Assembly (NCBI GenBank): GCA_965372515.1
Contig: CBDVCO010000002.1
Coordinates: 1 to 57,625, forward strand
Source: an uncultured bacterium
GTDB lineage: Bacteria > Desulfobacterota > GWC2-55-46 > JAJCZF01
Length of the DNA: 57,625 nucleotides
Reading direction: 5' to 3'
The notes beneath the pieces are model-generated. The model ran no database searches. It saw only the letters and a program-made list of their open reading frames with translations, and was not told the origin of the DNA. Each line of letters starts with the position of its first letter. Position 1 is the first letter of the stretch. Positions 10,251 through 19,948 of this stretch are shown here, in pieces. Position numbers and translations under genes: made by a program.

Positions 10251-12191
10251 CTAGGCGCTCTCTTCCTTTTTTTCCTGCTCTGGGTCCTCTTTGTCGACTA
10301 CCTCGGCGTCGACAACCTCCCCCTCTTCCCCCTCTTCGGCGCTCTCACCGGGGGCACCAGCCTCCTCACCGGCCCCGGGCTCCTCAGAGGTGGTCTTGTA
10401 GAGGGCCTCGGCTATCTTGTGGGTAGTGGTATTAACCTCGTCTGTCGCCGCCTTTATAGCGTCAAGGTCATCGCCCTTAAGCGCCTCTCTCGCCTTATCG
10501 AGCGCCTGTTCGGTAGCCGTCTTATCGGCCTCGTCTATTTTCTCCTTATTCTCCTCGATCAATTTGGCCGTGGAGTATACGAGGCTGTCGAGCTGGTTTC
10601 TCGCCTCGATCAGCTCTTTACGCTTCGCGTCCTCATCGGCGTGTCCCTCTGCGTCCTTAACCATATCCTCGACCTCATCCTTACTAAGTCCGGTTGAGGC
10701 CGTAATGGTAATATTTTGCTCCTTATTGGTGGCCATATCCTTGGCGCTGACGTTCAGTATGCCGTTGGCGTCTATGTCAAACGCGACCTCCACCTGAGGC
10801 ACGCCTCTGGGGGCATTCGGTATACCGACAAGATTGAACTTCCCAAGCGTCCGGTTATCCGCCGCCATCTGCCTCTCGCCCTGCATAACGTGTATCTCGA
10901 CCTGCGTCTGGTTGTCGGCCGCCGTGGTGAATATCTCCTGCTTCTTCGTCGGTATCGTCGTGTTGCGCTCTATGAGCGTGGTCATGACTCCGCCAAGGGT
11001 CTCTAGCCCAAGCGAGAGCGGGGTAACGTCCAGGAGTACCACGTCGGTCACGTCGCCTGCGAGCACTCCGCCCTGGATAGCCGCGCCGATGGCAACGACC
11101 TCGTCCGGGTTCACGCCCTTATGCGGCTCCTTGCCGAATATCTCGGCCACGAACTTGTGTATGGCGGGCATCCTTGTCATGCCGCCCACCAGTACCACCT
11201 CGTCGATGTCGGAAGCCGAGAAGCCTGAGTCCTTAAGCGCCTGAAGGCACGGTTTTCTGCTACGCTCGACCAGGTCGTTTGTGAGCTGCTCCAGCTTGGC
11301 CCTCGAAAGCCTCATCACCAGGTGCTTCGGCCCGGAAGCGTCCGCCGTTATGAACGGGAGGTTGATCTCTGTTTCCATCACGGTAGAAAGCTCGATCTTG
11401 GCCTTCTCACCGGCCTCCTTCAGCCTCTGGAGCGCCATCTTGTCCTTTGAGATGTCTACGCCCTGGTCCTTCTTGAATTCGGCTACGAGCCAGTCGATTA
11501 CGCACTGGTCGAAGTTGTCTCCGCCAAGGTGCGTGTCGCCATTGGTGGCCTTCACCTCGAAGACCCCCTCGCCGACCTCAAGGATGGAGACATCGAAGGT
11601 ACCGCCGCCGAAATCGTAGACGACGATCTTCTCTTCCGCCTTCTTATCTAGTCCGTAGGCGAGGCTTGATGCAGTCGGCTCGTTGATGATCCTCTTTACG
11701 TCGAGTCCGGCTATCTTTCCGGCATCCTTTGTGGCCTGCCTCTGGGAATCGTTAAAATAGGCGGGAACCGTGATAACGGCCTCGGTCACGGCCTCGCCCA
11801 GATACTCTTCAGCCGATTTTTTAAGTTTCTGTAGTATAAAGGCCGATACCTCGGGAGGAAGATAGTCCTTGCCCATGTTGGCGCTCTTGACTATGGCCCT
11901 GCCCTTGCTGTCCTTACCAACGTTAAACGGGACCATCTTCATCTCTTCGGAGACCTCGTTATAGTTTCGCCCCATAAATCTCTTGATACTGAAGATGGTA
12001 TTTTCGGGGTTTGTTACGGCCTGGCGCTTTGCGACCTGCCCGACGAGGATCTCCTTTTCCTTGGTAAAGGCCACTACAGAGGGCGTGATCCTGCTCCCCT
12101 CCTCGTTCACTATAACCTTGGGCTCGCCCGCTTCCATGACCGAGACCACGGAATTGGTGGTGCCAAGGTCTATACCTATAATCTTTCCCAT
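10251..12191 (-). CDS. dnaK: Molecular chaperone DnaK (Hsp70)
   Basis: [16 protein letters not shown]..., [10 protein letters not shown], and an acidic C-terminal tail. AGGAGG lies upstream. Confidence 0.98.
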   Translation of the reverse strand: MGKIIGIDLGTTNSVVSVMEAGEPKVIVNEEGSRITPSVVAFTKEKEILVGQVAKRQAVTNPENTIFSIKRFMGRNYNEVSEEMKMVPFNVGKDSKGRAIVKSANMGKDYLPPEVSAFILQKLKKSAEEYLGEAVTEAVITVPAYFNDSQRQATKDAGKIAGLDVKRIINEPTASSLAYGLDKKAEEKIVVYDFGGGTFDVSILEVGEGVFEVKATNGDTHLGGDNFDQCVIDWLVAEFKKDQGVDISKDKMALQRLKEAGEKAKIELSTVMETEINLPFITADASGPKHLVMRLSRAKLEQLTNDLVERSRKPCLQALKDSGFSASDIDEVVLVGGMTRMPAIHKFVAEIFGKEPHKGVNPDEVVAIGAAIQGGVLAGDVTDVVLLDVTPLSLGLETLGGVMTTLIERNTTIPTKKQEIFTTAADNQTQVEIHVMQGERQMAADNRTLGKFNLVGIPNAPRGVPQVEVAFDIDANGILNVSAKDMATNKEQNITITASTGLSKDEVEDMVKDAEGHADEDAKRKELIEARNQLDSLVYSTAKLIEENKEKIDEADKTATEQALDKAREALKGDDLDAIKAATDEVNTTTHKIAEALYKTTSEEPGAGEEAGAPGESAEEGEEGEVVDAEVVDKEDPEQEKKEESA

Positions 12192-12275
12192 CTCTAACCT
12201 CCTGAATTTACTACATAAAAATTTATAAATAGCATGCGATCACACTAAACTTCATTTTTCTTTGCCTGTAAAGAT

Positions 12276-12304
12276 AATGTAGGTACCAACACAAAGAATG
12301 TCAA
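12276..12304 (-). promoter_or_regulatory. Candidate promoter for dnaK
   Basis: The minus strand reads TTGACA (12304..12299), a 17-nt spacer, then TACATT (12281..12276). The CTTGACA / ACCTACATT context also loosely resembles a sigma32 site. Pattern match only. Confidence 0.3.
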
Positions 12305-12353
12305 GGCGATATGCGGATTATTTTAATAGAGAGGCGTAAGGTTCTTCTGCGCT

Positions 12354-13499
12354 CTACTTGGTGGTGACGACGGTAATGGAGGGAAATATCTTCAGGAGTA
12401 TCTGGATCGAGAGCATAATGGCGCTTACCCCACCGAGGACCAGCGCGATGCCGGTATAGGTCCAGAAAACCGGGTTGGCGCCGTCGGTGTAGATGGGGAT
12501 GACCATCAGATAACGATCGAGCCACATCCCTATGATGATGATGATCGCCACAGCGTATATGCCCGTGCCCGAGTGCTTGACGCGCCGGAAGATCAACGCG
12601 GTAAAGGGTATGAAGAAAGAGGCGAACATCATGAGCCAGTAGGTAGCCCTGAAGTGGCCCTCTCTCGCGGCAAAGTAAGGGCCCGTACGGACCGGGAGGT
12701 CCGCGTACCAGATAACGACGTGCTGCGAGAAGAACATATAGATCCACAGGAGCACAAAGCCCATAAGGAGGACACCCATGCCTTCGGCATATTTAACAGG
12801 AAGCCCCTTGCCCGGGGGGTTCGCAATAAGAAAGCGGGTCGCGATATAAACAAAGCAGAAGCCCGCGAAGAGATTACCGACCCAAAAATAGATCGGGAAG
12901 ATCGTGGACTCCCAATGCGGTATGGCCATCATGACGAAGTCCCAGATGATAAACGTATTGGCGAATGCGAAGAAGACGCAGATAAAGCCGCCGAGGAAAT
13001 TAAGTATGGTCTTGACTTGAATGCCCAGACTGGATTCGCATCCCCTCTCCTCCTTACGCGCAAAGCGGAAGTAGATAACGCTAAGAATATAGAAACCAGC
13101 CATGGCGAGGATATTCTTCCAGAAAAAGAGGCCTTTGGTTAGCCACGGGCTAAGGTGCTCGGGGAGATGGCCGCCCCTTGAGGTGACTATCTCCGGGTTG
13201 ACCCAGTAGAAGAGGTGCTCCGTACCTCCCAGATAGATAATAATAAAGGCTATTACGGCGACGGGAATAAACGCGAGCGTCATGAGTTCACCGACCCTCG
13301 AATAGTGGAGCCCCCACTTGGACTTGGAGACCCTCATAATGACGGAGAAGACTATGCCGGCCTGCGACACGCCGAGGAAGAATATAAAGTTGGTGACGAT
13401 CAGTCCCCAGAGAATGCTCTGCTCAGCGGAGCTGAACGCGCTTATGGCGAATGCCGCTACGGCGTTTATAAATAGTATCACGAATATCCAGAACGTCAT
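12354..13499 (-). CDS. actF: Alternative Complex III subunit ActF (NrfD-like membrane subunit)
   Basis: 381-aa polytopic membrane protein and last gene of the act cluster. The call rests mainly on order and on the second NrfD-like topology. Confidence 0.7.
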   Translation of the reverse strand: MTFWIFVILFINAVAAFAISAFSSAEQSILWGLIVTNFIFFLGVSQAGIVFSVIMRVSKSKWGLHYSRVGELMTLAFIPVAVIAFIIIYLGGTEHLFYWVNPEIVTSRGGHLPEHLSPWLTKGLFFWKNILAMAGFYILSVIYFRFARKEERGCESSLGIQVKTILNFLGGFICVFFAFANTFIIWDFVMMAIPHWESTIFPIYFWVGNLFAGFCFVYIATRFLIANPPGKGLPVKYAEGMGVLLMGFVLLWIYMFFSQHVVIWYADLPVRTGPYFAAREGHFRATYWLMMFASFFIPFTALIFRRVKHSGTGIYAVAIIIIIGMWLDRYLMVIPIYTDGANPVFWTYTGIALVLGGVSAIMLSIQILLKIFPSITVVTTK

Positions 13500-13505
13500 G
13501 GTCCT

Positions 13506-14033
13506 CTAGTCCGCCTTCTCTGCTTCTTTTTCGTTACGAATCTCGTTTAAAATATAATTTGCGATATGCCACCTGTCCTCTGGCGACAGGGCGTCCGCGT
13601 ACCTGGGCATGATACCGAGCCCCCCGTAAGTGATGGCATAATAGATCTCGCCGGATTCTTTATTCTGAACGTAGCCGCTCGTAAGGTCTGTCGGGGGCAC
13701 GTATTTTTTCCCGACAGGGCCGTCTCCCCTTCCGGTCTTGCCGTGGCATACGGCGCAGTAAATTCCGTACCTGTTCCTGCCCCTCTCTATCGACGCCTTG
13801 CTCGCGCGCACAGGGCTCTTCACCATGCCCGCCTCGCTCATGGTATCCATCTCAAGAGGCTTTCCCGTTACCGGAACGGTCCCATCTGGCATCGGCACCG
13901 CCTTCTCTTCCTGCGCCTTGTGCGAGGGCTGTGTAAAGAGATCCCACGACCAGGGCATGGACCAGGCGCTCGCCGGAATAAGCACAATAGCCAGAGCCAA
14001 ACCTAATAGATAGATTTTCCACGACCTAATCAA
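13506..14033 (-). CDS. actE: Alternative Complex III subunit ActE (monohaem cytochrome c)
   Basis: 175 aa with an N-terminal signal/anchor and a single CAVCH haem-c motif. The likely TTG start overlaps the actD stop by 8 nt. Confidence 0.7.
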   Translation of the reverse strand: MIRSWKIYLLGLALAIVLIPASAWSMPWSWDLFTQPSHKAQEEKAVPMPDGTVPVTGKPLEMDTMSEAGMVKSPVRASKASIERGRNRYGIYCAVCHGKTGRGDGPVGKKYVPPTDLTSGYVQNKESGEIYYAITYGGLGIMPRYADALSPEDRWHIANYILNEIRNEKEAEKAD

Positions 14034-14529
14034 CCTGTTTTACCTCCCGCGCGCCCGCATCGTTCATTATCCTCTCAATATCGCGCCCTCTGTCGCCAGA
14101 GACCCCTTCGACAAGAAGGCCGAAACTGTCGAGCGTAACCGCAATATCGTAAGTCTTCTTTTTATAGGACGGCAGTCTCGTTAGCCCGAGGAACCCCAAC
14201 AAGGTAAGGCCCACCCCGAAGAGGATAGTCGTCTCGTAGGTTATAATAAGCGACGGGGTGAGCGCGAATATCGCGCGCCCGCCTCTTGGCAGAACGTACA
14301 TGGCCGCCGTGCCGAGCGTAAGCGTAAAGCCGAAGACGATACCGATAAAGTTTCCCACAAGCGTAATGTACTTGATCGTCGTCGGCTTTTCGCCTAACAC
14401 CGGGTCTATCTCGTGCGAGATGGGGATGGGTGAAAAAATCTCCACCTCGTCGCCGCCGCTCTTTATCTTGTCAGCGGCTACGAGCAGTTCATCGACATAT
14501 TCGAACAGTCCGAGGATCTTTTCACTCAT
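14026..14529 (-). CDS. actD: Alternative Complex III subunit ActD (DUF3341-type)
   Basis: 167 aa with a soluble N-part and two central TM helices. It sits between the NrfD-like subunit and the monohaem cytochrome, as in described act operons. Confidence 0.65.
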   Translation of the reverse strand: MSEKILGLFEYVDELLVAADKIKSGGDEVEIFSPIPISHEIDPVLGEKPTTIKYITLVGNFIGIVFGFTLTLGTAAMYVLPRGGRAIFALTPSLIITYETTILFGVGLTLLGFLGLTRLPSYKKKTYDIAVTLDSFGLLVEGVSGDRGRDIERIMNDAGAREVKQVD

Positions 14530-14530
14530 A

Positions 14531-15871
14531 TCAGTGATCCTCCCCGTGTGTGTCGTTCTTCATCGGAACCCCGATATCCTCCTTGACCTCGTATATCGAC
14601 ACGCTCGGCCAGACCTTGACAAAGATCAGGAAGAGTGTGGCAAAGAAGAAGAAGGAGCCGAGCGTAATGGAGACCTCCACCCAGCTTGGAATGTAGTCGC
14701 GGAATACGTAAGGCAGAAATTTCCTCGGTAGGCTTGTGGCTATAATGAGATATCTCTCTATCCACATGCCGACATTAATACCGATTGAGACTATGAGCGT
14801 GATAAGTATCGAGGTCCTGAGCCTCTTGAACATATAAAGCAGCGGCATAAACGTATTGGTCAGGATCATGAGCCAGAACATCGGAGAGTGCGGCAGGTGT
14901 ACCATCCTGTAGAGTAAGGTCTCGTTCTCGAAACTCGTATCGGCGTAAAGCCCGGTAGCTACCTCAATGACGTTTATATAGCTCCACAGCAGCGACATGA
15001 CGAGGAGAAGCAGGCCGAGCTTGTCGAAATGTCTTAGCGTTATATATTTCTCAATCTTTAACGCCCTCCTTAAGACCACCATAAGGGTCACGATAGCGGC
15101 TGAGCCCGAGTAGATGGCGCCGACGACGAAGTAGGGGGCGAATATAGTCTTGTTCATGCCGGGGACCTTACTGAGCGCGAAGTCCCAGCTTACGATCGAG
15201 TGAACACTCACGGCGAGCGGGATGATGAATACCGCGAAGTACTTGTAGGCGCTATTTAGCCAGTGCCACTCCCTGTCCGTACCCCTCCACCCGAGAGCCA
15301 GTATCGTATAGATCTGTTTCCTCCACCCCGTGACGCGGTCGCGTACTGCCGCGAGATCGGGTATGGAGCCGAAGTAGAGGAATATCATCGAAGCGGTCAT
15401 ATACGTGCTGATAGCAAGGACGTCGAACATGAGCGGGCTCTGGAAATTCAGCCAGAGCTCACGCTGGTTCGGATAAGGCATGGTCCAGTAGAAATTCCAC
15501 GGACGCCCCATATGGACGAAGATGAATACCGCGGCCGTAAGGACGCTGAAGAAGGTCATCGCCTCGGCGCTCCTGTAGATGGACCTCCTCCACGGGGTCT
15601 TGGTGATAAAGAGTATCGCGCTAAGGAGCGTGCCGGAGTGGCTAATGCCTATCCAGAAGACGAAGTTCGTAAGGTAGATGCCCCAGAAGTTAGGAGTCTG
15701 AAGCCCCGTGACACCCTGACCGACATATATCTGGTAGAGCCAGGGAAGGCCCCAGAGAAGACCAGCGGCGCCCATACAAAAGGCAAGCGCGAAATAATAG
15801 ACCCTGCTCGTCTTGAGCATCGTCCTTAAGACGTCTTCGTTTACCTCACTATATGAAATATTTTTATCCAT
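14531..15871 (-). CDS. actC: Alternative Complex III subunit ActC (NrfD/PsrC-type quinol-interacting membrane subunit)
   Basis: 446-aa polytopic membrane protein. It overlaps the upstream Fe-S subunit gene by 8 nt. Confidence 0.8.
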   Translation of the reverse strand: MDKNISYSEVNEDVLRTMLKTSRVYYFALAFCMGAAGLLWGLPWLYQIYVGQGVTGLQTPNFWGIYLTNFVFWIGISHSGTLLSAILFITKTPWRRSIYRSAEAMTFFSVLTAAVFIFVHMGRPWNFYWTMPYPNQRELWLNFQSPLMFDVLAISTYMTASMIFLYFGSIPDLAAVRDRVTGWRKQIYTILALGWRGTDREWHWLNSAYKYFAVFIIPLAVSVHSIVSWDFALSKVPGMNKTIFAPYFVVGAIYSGSAAIVTLMVVLRRALKIEKYITLRHFDKLGLLLLVMSLLWSYINVIEVATGLYADTSFENETLLYRMVHLPHSPMFWLMILTNTFMPLLYMFKRLRTSILITLIVSIGINVGMWIERYLIIATSLPRKFLPYVFRDYIPSWVEVSITLGSFFFFATLFLIFVKVWPSVSIYEVKEDIGVPMKNDTHGEDH

Positions 15872-16643
15872 GCGAGTTGCCGTCGCCCTCCATCACCCTC
15901 TTTAGATATATTACCGATGGCTTTGTATTAAGGTCCTCGAGGAGACGGTACCTCCTCGGGCTCTTCGCGAGTTTCGATACCTCGCTATGCGGGTCGTTAA
16001 GGTCGCCGAAGGTGATGGCCCCGGGCGGGCACGACTGCGCGCACGCGGGCTGAATCTCACCGTCATGTATATCGCGCTTCTCGTCCTTTGCCCTGTCCTT
16101 TGCGACCCTTATCCTCTGGATACAGAACGTGCACTTCTCCATTATGCCCTTCTCGCGCACGGTGACGTCAGGGCTTAGCTGCTCATCAAGCGGTGCGTCT
16201 CTTTTCCACGTAAACCAGTTAAAGCGCCTTACGTCATAAGGACAATATGTAGCGCAGGTAAATGTCCCCACACAACGGTTATAGACCTGAACGTTCAGGC
16301 CGTCCTGGTTGTGGTATGTGGCGTATACCGGACAACCCGTCTCGCACGGGGCCCGGTCGCACTGCTGGCACATAACGGGAATGAACTTGACCTTTACGTC
16401 CGGGTACTCGCCCTCTACGTACTTCTCGATCCTGAGCCAGTTCATGGAACGCCCGTTCTTAAACTCCTTCTTGCCGACCGTGGGAATATTATTCTCAGAC
16501 GAGCAGGCCACAACGCAGGCCTCGCAGCCGTTGCACTTATCGAGATCGACGACCATGGTCCAGTGGTAATCGAACTTCTCGTAGTAGCCGGGCTGTCTGA
16601 GTTCCACCAGGCGTTTTTTTATCTTTTCTATAATATCCGACAA
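15864..16643 (-). CDS. actB: Alternative Complex III subunit ActB2 (4Fe-4S cluster protein)
   Basis: Cys clusters are CNGCEACVVAC, CQQCDRAPCETGC, CVGTFTCATYC and CTFC...CAQSC. The TTG start is preceded by AGGAGAGG. Confidence 0.85.
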   Translation of the reverse strand: MSDIIEKIKKRLVELRQPGYYEKFDYHWTMVVDLDKCNGCEACVVACSSENNIPTVGKKEFKNGRSMNWLRIEKYVEGEYPDVKVKFIPVMCQQCDRAPCETGCPVYATYHNQDGLNVQVYNRCVGTFTCATYCPYDVRRFNWFTWKRDAPLDEQLSPDVTVREKGIMEKCTFCIQRIRVAKDRAKDEKRDIHDGEIQPACAQSCPPGAITFGDLNDPHSEVSKLAKSPRRYRLLEDLNTKPSVIYLKRVMEGDGNSHG

Positions 16644-16673
16644 AAGAACCTCTCCTCTTGGTATAAAGCTCTA

Positions 16674-18953
16674 TTAATGTCCGGAGCCGTGGCCGCTTGA
16701 ACCACCCTTTGTCTTTAATATCTTAAGCTCAGAGGGCGTTACGGTCTGCACTATCCCTCTGCCCATCTCATCAGTCGAGCCCTCGAGCTTTACGAGCTTT
16801 TCGGCGCCCCTCGACGATCTCTTCTCGATCGTTACCCTGGTCGAGTTGAGCGCTATCTCCCCGGTCCCGGCATCTTCGATGTGGGGGAGGAGATCGAGGG
16901 GGTTCGCGCCCCTGCCCCTGGCGTACCTGCCAAAGGCCGAGTGGCCCTGCCCTATCGGAACGCTTACGGTATCGGGCCTTACGGCCGGATAGAGATATAC
17001 GGGCAGGTCTATTGCCCCCGAAGGCGAGCTAACCGTTACAATATCGCCTTCTTTTAAGCCCATACTCCTGGCCGTCTTCGGGTTTATCTCCACCCACGAG
17101 CCCCATACGACACTCGTCATGGGGTCGGGCAACTCTTGAAGCCACGGGTTCTTGGCCCCGCTCCCGTCAAGGTGCGCCGTGCTCGCATAGAGCATCAGAT
17201 AGTACGGGTACTTCTTCTCGTCGCCGTTGAACCTGGCCGGCCCCTTCGGGACACTACCCTTTATCTTCGTTGGGCTAATAGCGGCCGCCTTCTTTGCAGG
17301 CGACCCCTTCCAGATGCCCCCGTTTTGAAGGAGCTTGTTCCAGAAGGCGTCGAAGGTAATCGCACTCGATGCGAACTCCCTTCTGTAGAGCCTCTTCCAG
17401 CCGGACTTCAAATAGGATTTAAAGTCCTCGTGCTTCAAGCCCGCCACGAGAGAGCCGTCTACGACCTTTGCGAGCTCAAGCAGTATATCACCCGCACCCT
17501 TTGTATTGTTGTACGGAACGACCGCGGGCTGCATTATGGTAGCTACCCTCTTGCCGGCGGCCGCTTCGGGGAAGTCGTCGCCCCAGTCTTCAAGACTTGT
17601 ATGGGAGGGTAGTATTAGATCGGCCATTGCCGTGGTCTCGTCCATAAAGCTCGAGAGACTCGCGATAAAGGGGATCTTATCGAGCGCCGCGCGTGTATTC
17701 ATCGCTCCCGGTGTCGTGAATACCGGGTTGGCATTATGAAGCAAAAGCACCCTGGCCTTTGATCTATCCGCCGCCCGTGTAAGCTTCGAGATCTTACCAC
17801 TATCGCCATTTACGCGACTTAGGAAACCCCTCGGGTTCGGCTTAACACCGCCCTTTGCCCCGATGTTTCCGGCAATGTGGTTGAGCACATCTATTGCCAC
17901 GTGGCCTGAAAAGCCGTTATCATAACCGGAGACATTCCCGCCCGCAACGGCCAGGCTCTTTCGGGTCTTGGCAAACTCCTTTGCCAGGGCGTATATCCTC
18001 TTTTCGTCCACCTCAGCAAGTGCGCTTACGCGCTTTGGCCTGTAACTGCTTAACGCCGTCTTCCACGACGAGCCGTCAGCGCCCTTATAATGGCCCTTCT
18101 CAACTATCGCGTAGGCGATCGACAGGGCGAGTACTCCTTCGCTCCCGGGCCTTGCCGGAACCCACTCGTCGGCGCTCGCTCCGGTGAGGCTCATCCTCGG
18201 CTCGATCTGAACGAGACGGCCCCTTTTACCGTGAGAATCGTCACGCATACGGCCAAAGCCACCGGCGAACTGCACGGGCGAGAGCCACGTGGAGGTAAAG
18301 TCCGCGCCGAAGCTCAAGACGAATTCGCTATTTTCTATGTCATAGTGGGGTACGCTATCGAGCCCAAAACTAAAACGCGCGGCGTCCCTCAGGTTATTCT
18401 GTCCGTATAGTTCGTAATTTATGTGGTTCTTTGAGCCGAAAGAGCGCATAAAATCGCCGATGAGAGCGCCGAGGTGGCCGCGCTGAGGCGAGGTAAGGAA
18501 ATAGAGCCCTTGCGGTTTGGAATCTTCCTGAAGCTCGGAGAGCTTTGTAGCGAGTATCGAGATGCCTTCTTTCCAGGTTATCTCCTCGAAACTACCATCC
18601 CCCCTGTTGCCCCTTCTCCTCATCGGACCTTTTATCCTGTCGGGGTTGTAGAGAGACTGCGGCGCGGCCTGGCCTCTGGCGCAGAGTTTTCCCCTGCTGA
18701 CCGGATGCTCCGGGTTGCCCTCTATCTTTTTAACACGCCCCTCCTGGACCTTTACGTGTATGCCGCAACCGGCGCTACACTCGGTACAGAGGCTCGCGTA
18801 CCAGTTGGCCACACCGGGGACTACGTCCTCCGGCGGAATCACGTAAGGGATGAGCTTCGCTCCGGGCGGCTTATTAGATAGGCCAAGCCCCGCGCCGACC
18901 GCCGCGCCGAGCCCGCCCAAACCTATCATCTTTAAAAAGTCTCTACGATCCAT
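16674..18953 (-). CDS. actB: Alternative Complex III subunit ActB1 (molybdopterin-oxidoreductase-like, Tat-exported)
   Basis: It has a twin-arginine signal MDRRDFLKMIGLGGLGAAVGAG. An N-terminal CTECSAGC...C cluster motif is present. It is a 759-aa CISM-family catalytic-subunit homolog. Confidence 0.85.
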   Translation of the reverse strand: MDRRDFLKMIGLGGLGAAVGAGLGLSNKPPGAKLIPYVIPPEDVVPGVANWYASLCTECSAGCGIHVKVQEGRVKKIEGNPEHPVSRGKLCARGQAAPQSLYNPDRIKGPMRRRGNRGDGSFEEITWKEGISILATKLSELQEDSKPQGLYFLTSPQRGHLGALIGDFMRSFGSKNHINYELYGQNNLRDAARFSFGLDSVPHYDIENSEFVLSFGADFTSTWLSPVQFAGGFGRMRDDSHGKRGRLVQIEPRMSLTGASADEWVPARPGSEGVLALSIAYAIVEKGHYKGADGSSWKTALSSYRPKRVSALAEVDEKRIYALAKEFAKTRKSLAVAGGNVSGYDNGFSGHVAIDVLNHIAGNIGAKGGVKPNPRGFLSRVNGDSGKISKLTRAADRSKARVLLLHNANPVFTTPGAMNTRAALDKIPFIASLSSFMDETTAMADLILPSHTSLEDWGDDFPEAAAGKRVATIMQPAVVPYNNTKGAGDILLELAKVVDGSLVAGLKHEDFKSYLKSGWKRLYRREFASSAITFDAFWNKLLQNGGIWKGSPAKKAAAISPTKIKGSVPKGPARFNGDEKKYPYYLMLYASTAHLDGSGAKNPWLQELPDPMTSVVWGSWVEINPKTARSMGLKEGDIVTVSSPSGAIDLPVYLYPAVRPDTVSVPIGQGHSAFGRYARGRGANPLDLLPHIEDAGTGEIALNSTRVTIEKRSSRGAEKLVKLEGSTDEMGRGIVQTVTPSELKILKTKGGSSGHGSGH

Positions 18954-18966
18954 CTTCTCTACCCCG

Positions 18967-19482
18967 TTACATGTGGCAGGTCCAGCAGTCCAGACCGTTC
19001 TTTACCTCTTTCTTTTTGTGGCAACCAAGACACCAGCCCATCTTCAAGGACGAGACCCTCTTAACGACCGGCATGGTCGCAATATCGCCGTGACATTCTT
19101 TACAATCCACCTTGGCTTGAACATGCCTCTTGTGGGGGAAATATACGTAGTCGGGCAGGTTATGTACCTTGATCCACGGCACCGGCTCATTATCGTCCCA
19201 GTACTTCCTGAGCTTTTGTACCTCCGGGCTGTCGGTCTTGATTATCTTATGACATCCCATACACCTCTGGACAGCCGGCGCGCCGGAATGCCTCGACCTC
19301 TCGGCATATATGTGGCAATAGAGGCACGGGACCTCGTTATCACCCGCATGGACCTTGTGGCTGAAATCGATAGGCTGGGTCGGGGCATTGTTATAGAATT
19401 TTGTAATGACCACCCCATAACCCACTAGAATCATAACAGCGAATATTACAGCGAATATAACGTATTTGATAATATTATTCAT
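18967..19482 (-). CDS. actA: Alternative Complex III subunit ActA (pentahaem cytochrome c)
   Basis: 171 aa with an N-terminal membrane anchor and five CxxCH motifs (CLYCH, CMGCH, CKECH, CLGCH, CWTCH). Confidence 0.8.
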   Translation of the reverse strand: MNNIIKYVIFAVIFAVMILVGYGVVITKFYNNAPTQPIDFSHKVHAGDNEVPCLYCHIYAERSRHSGAPAVQRCMGCHKIIKTDSPEVQKLRKYWDDNEPVPWIKVHNLPDYVYFPHKRHVQAKVDCKECHGDIATMPVVKRVSSLKMGWCLGCHKKKEVKNGLDCWTCHM

Positions 19483-19948
19483 AGACTGGTAAAGGTCGCC
19501 CCTATATCAAGACAACACTATTCGCTCCACTGTTCGGACCGAGTCGGGCCGGGCCCTGATATAATAAAACCGGTTTGAAAATCGACTATAAAAAAGCGCC
19601 TCACATACTAAGTAGTGGAAATATTAGAAAGATTCACCGCCCAAACAAGAATACGCGCCTAGCGTAAAACTCAAAATTCAGCCCTGAAACCATCTATATT
19701 TAATAAAGCCGAGGACGAGCCTTACGCACGTGAACCCGACCGGCACTCTCTTACAAAAAGAAAGGGTCTAAACTCAGAAAATGGAATGTTTTGTGTATAC
19801 AATATACAGTGCTTGAGTGACATTAGTATAATAATTATAAAGCATTGTCAAGGAGAGTTTTTACTCCCTTAACGGAACCATCCGGACCCGCTCTCAACTG
19901 CTAACGCAGATACAATTTTAACTCCTTGCATGATATAATTTTCACCAT

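Noticed and set aside
12192-12353. CIRCE (HrcA) or HAIR (HspR) operator upstream of dnaK.
   Set aside because: There is no TTAGCACTC-N9-GAGTGCTAA or CTTGAGT-N7-ACTCAAG. Only an imperfect 18-nt palindrome tagcatgcgatcacacta (12230..12247) of unknown meaning is present.
19794-19808. The TGTATAcaaTATACA palindrome as a LexA SOS box.
   Set aside because: The flanks give GTGT-N9-ACAG rather than CTGT-N8-ACAG. Neither neighbouring gene is a DNA-repair gene. It is kept only as an unknown operator candidate.
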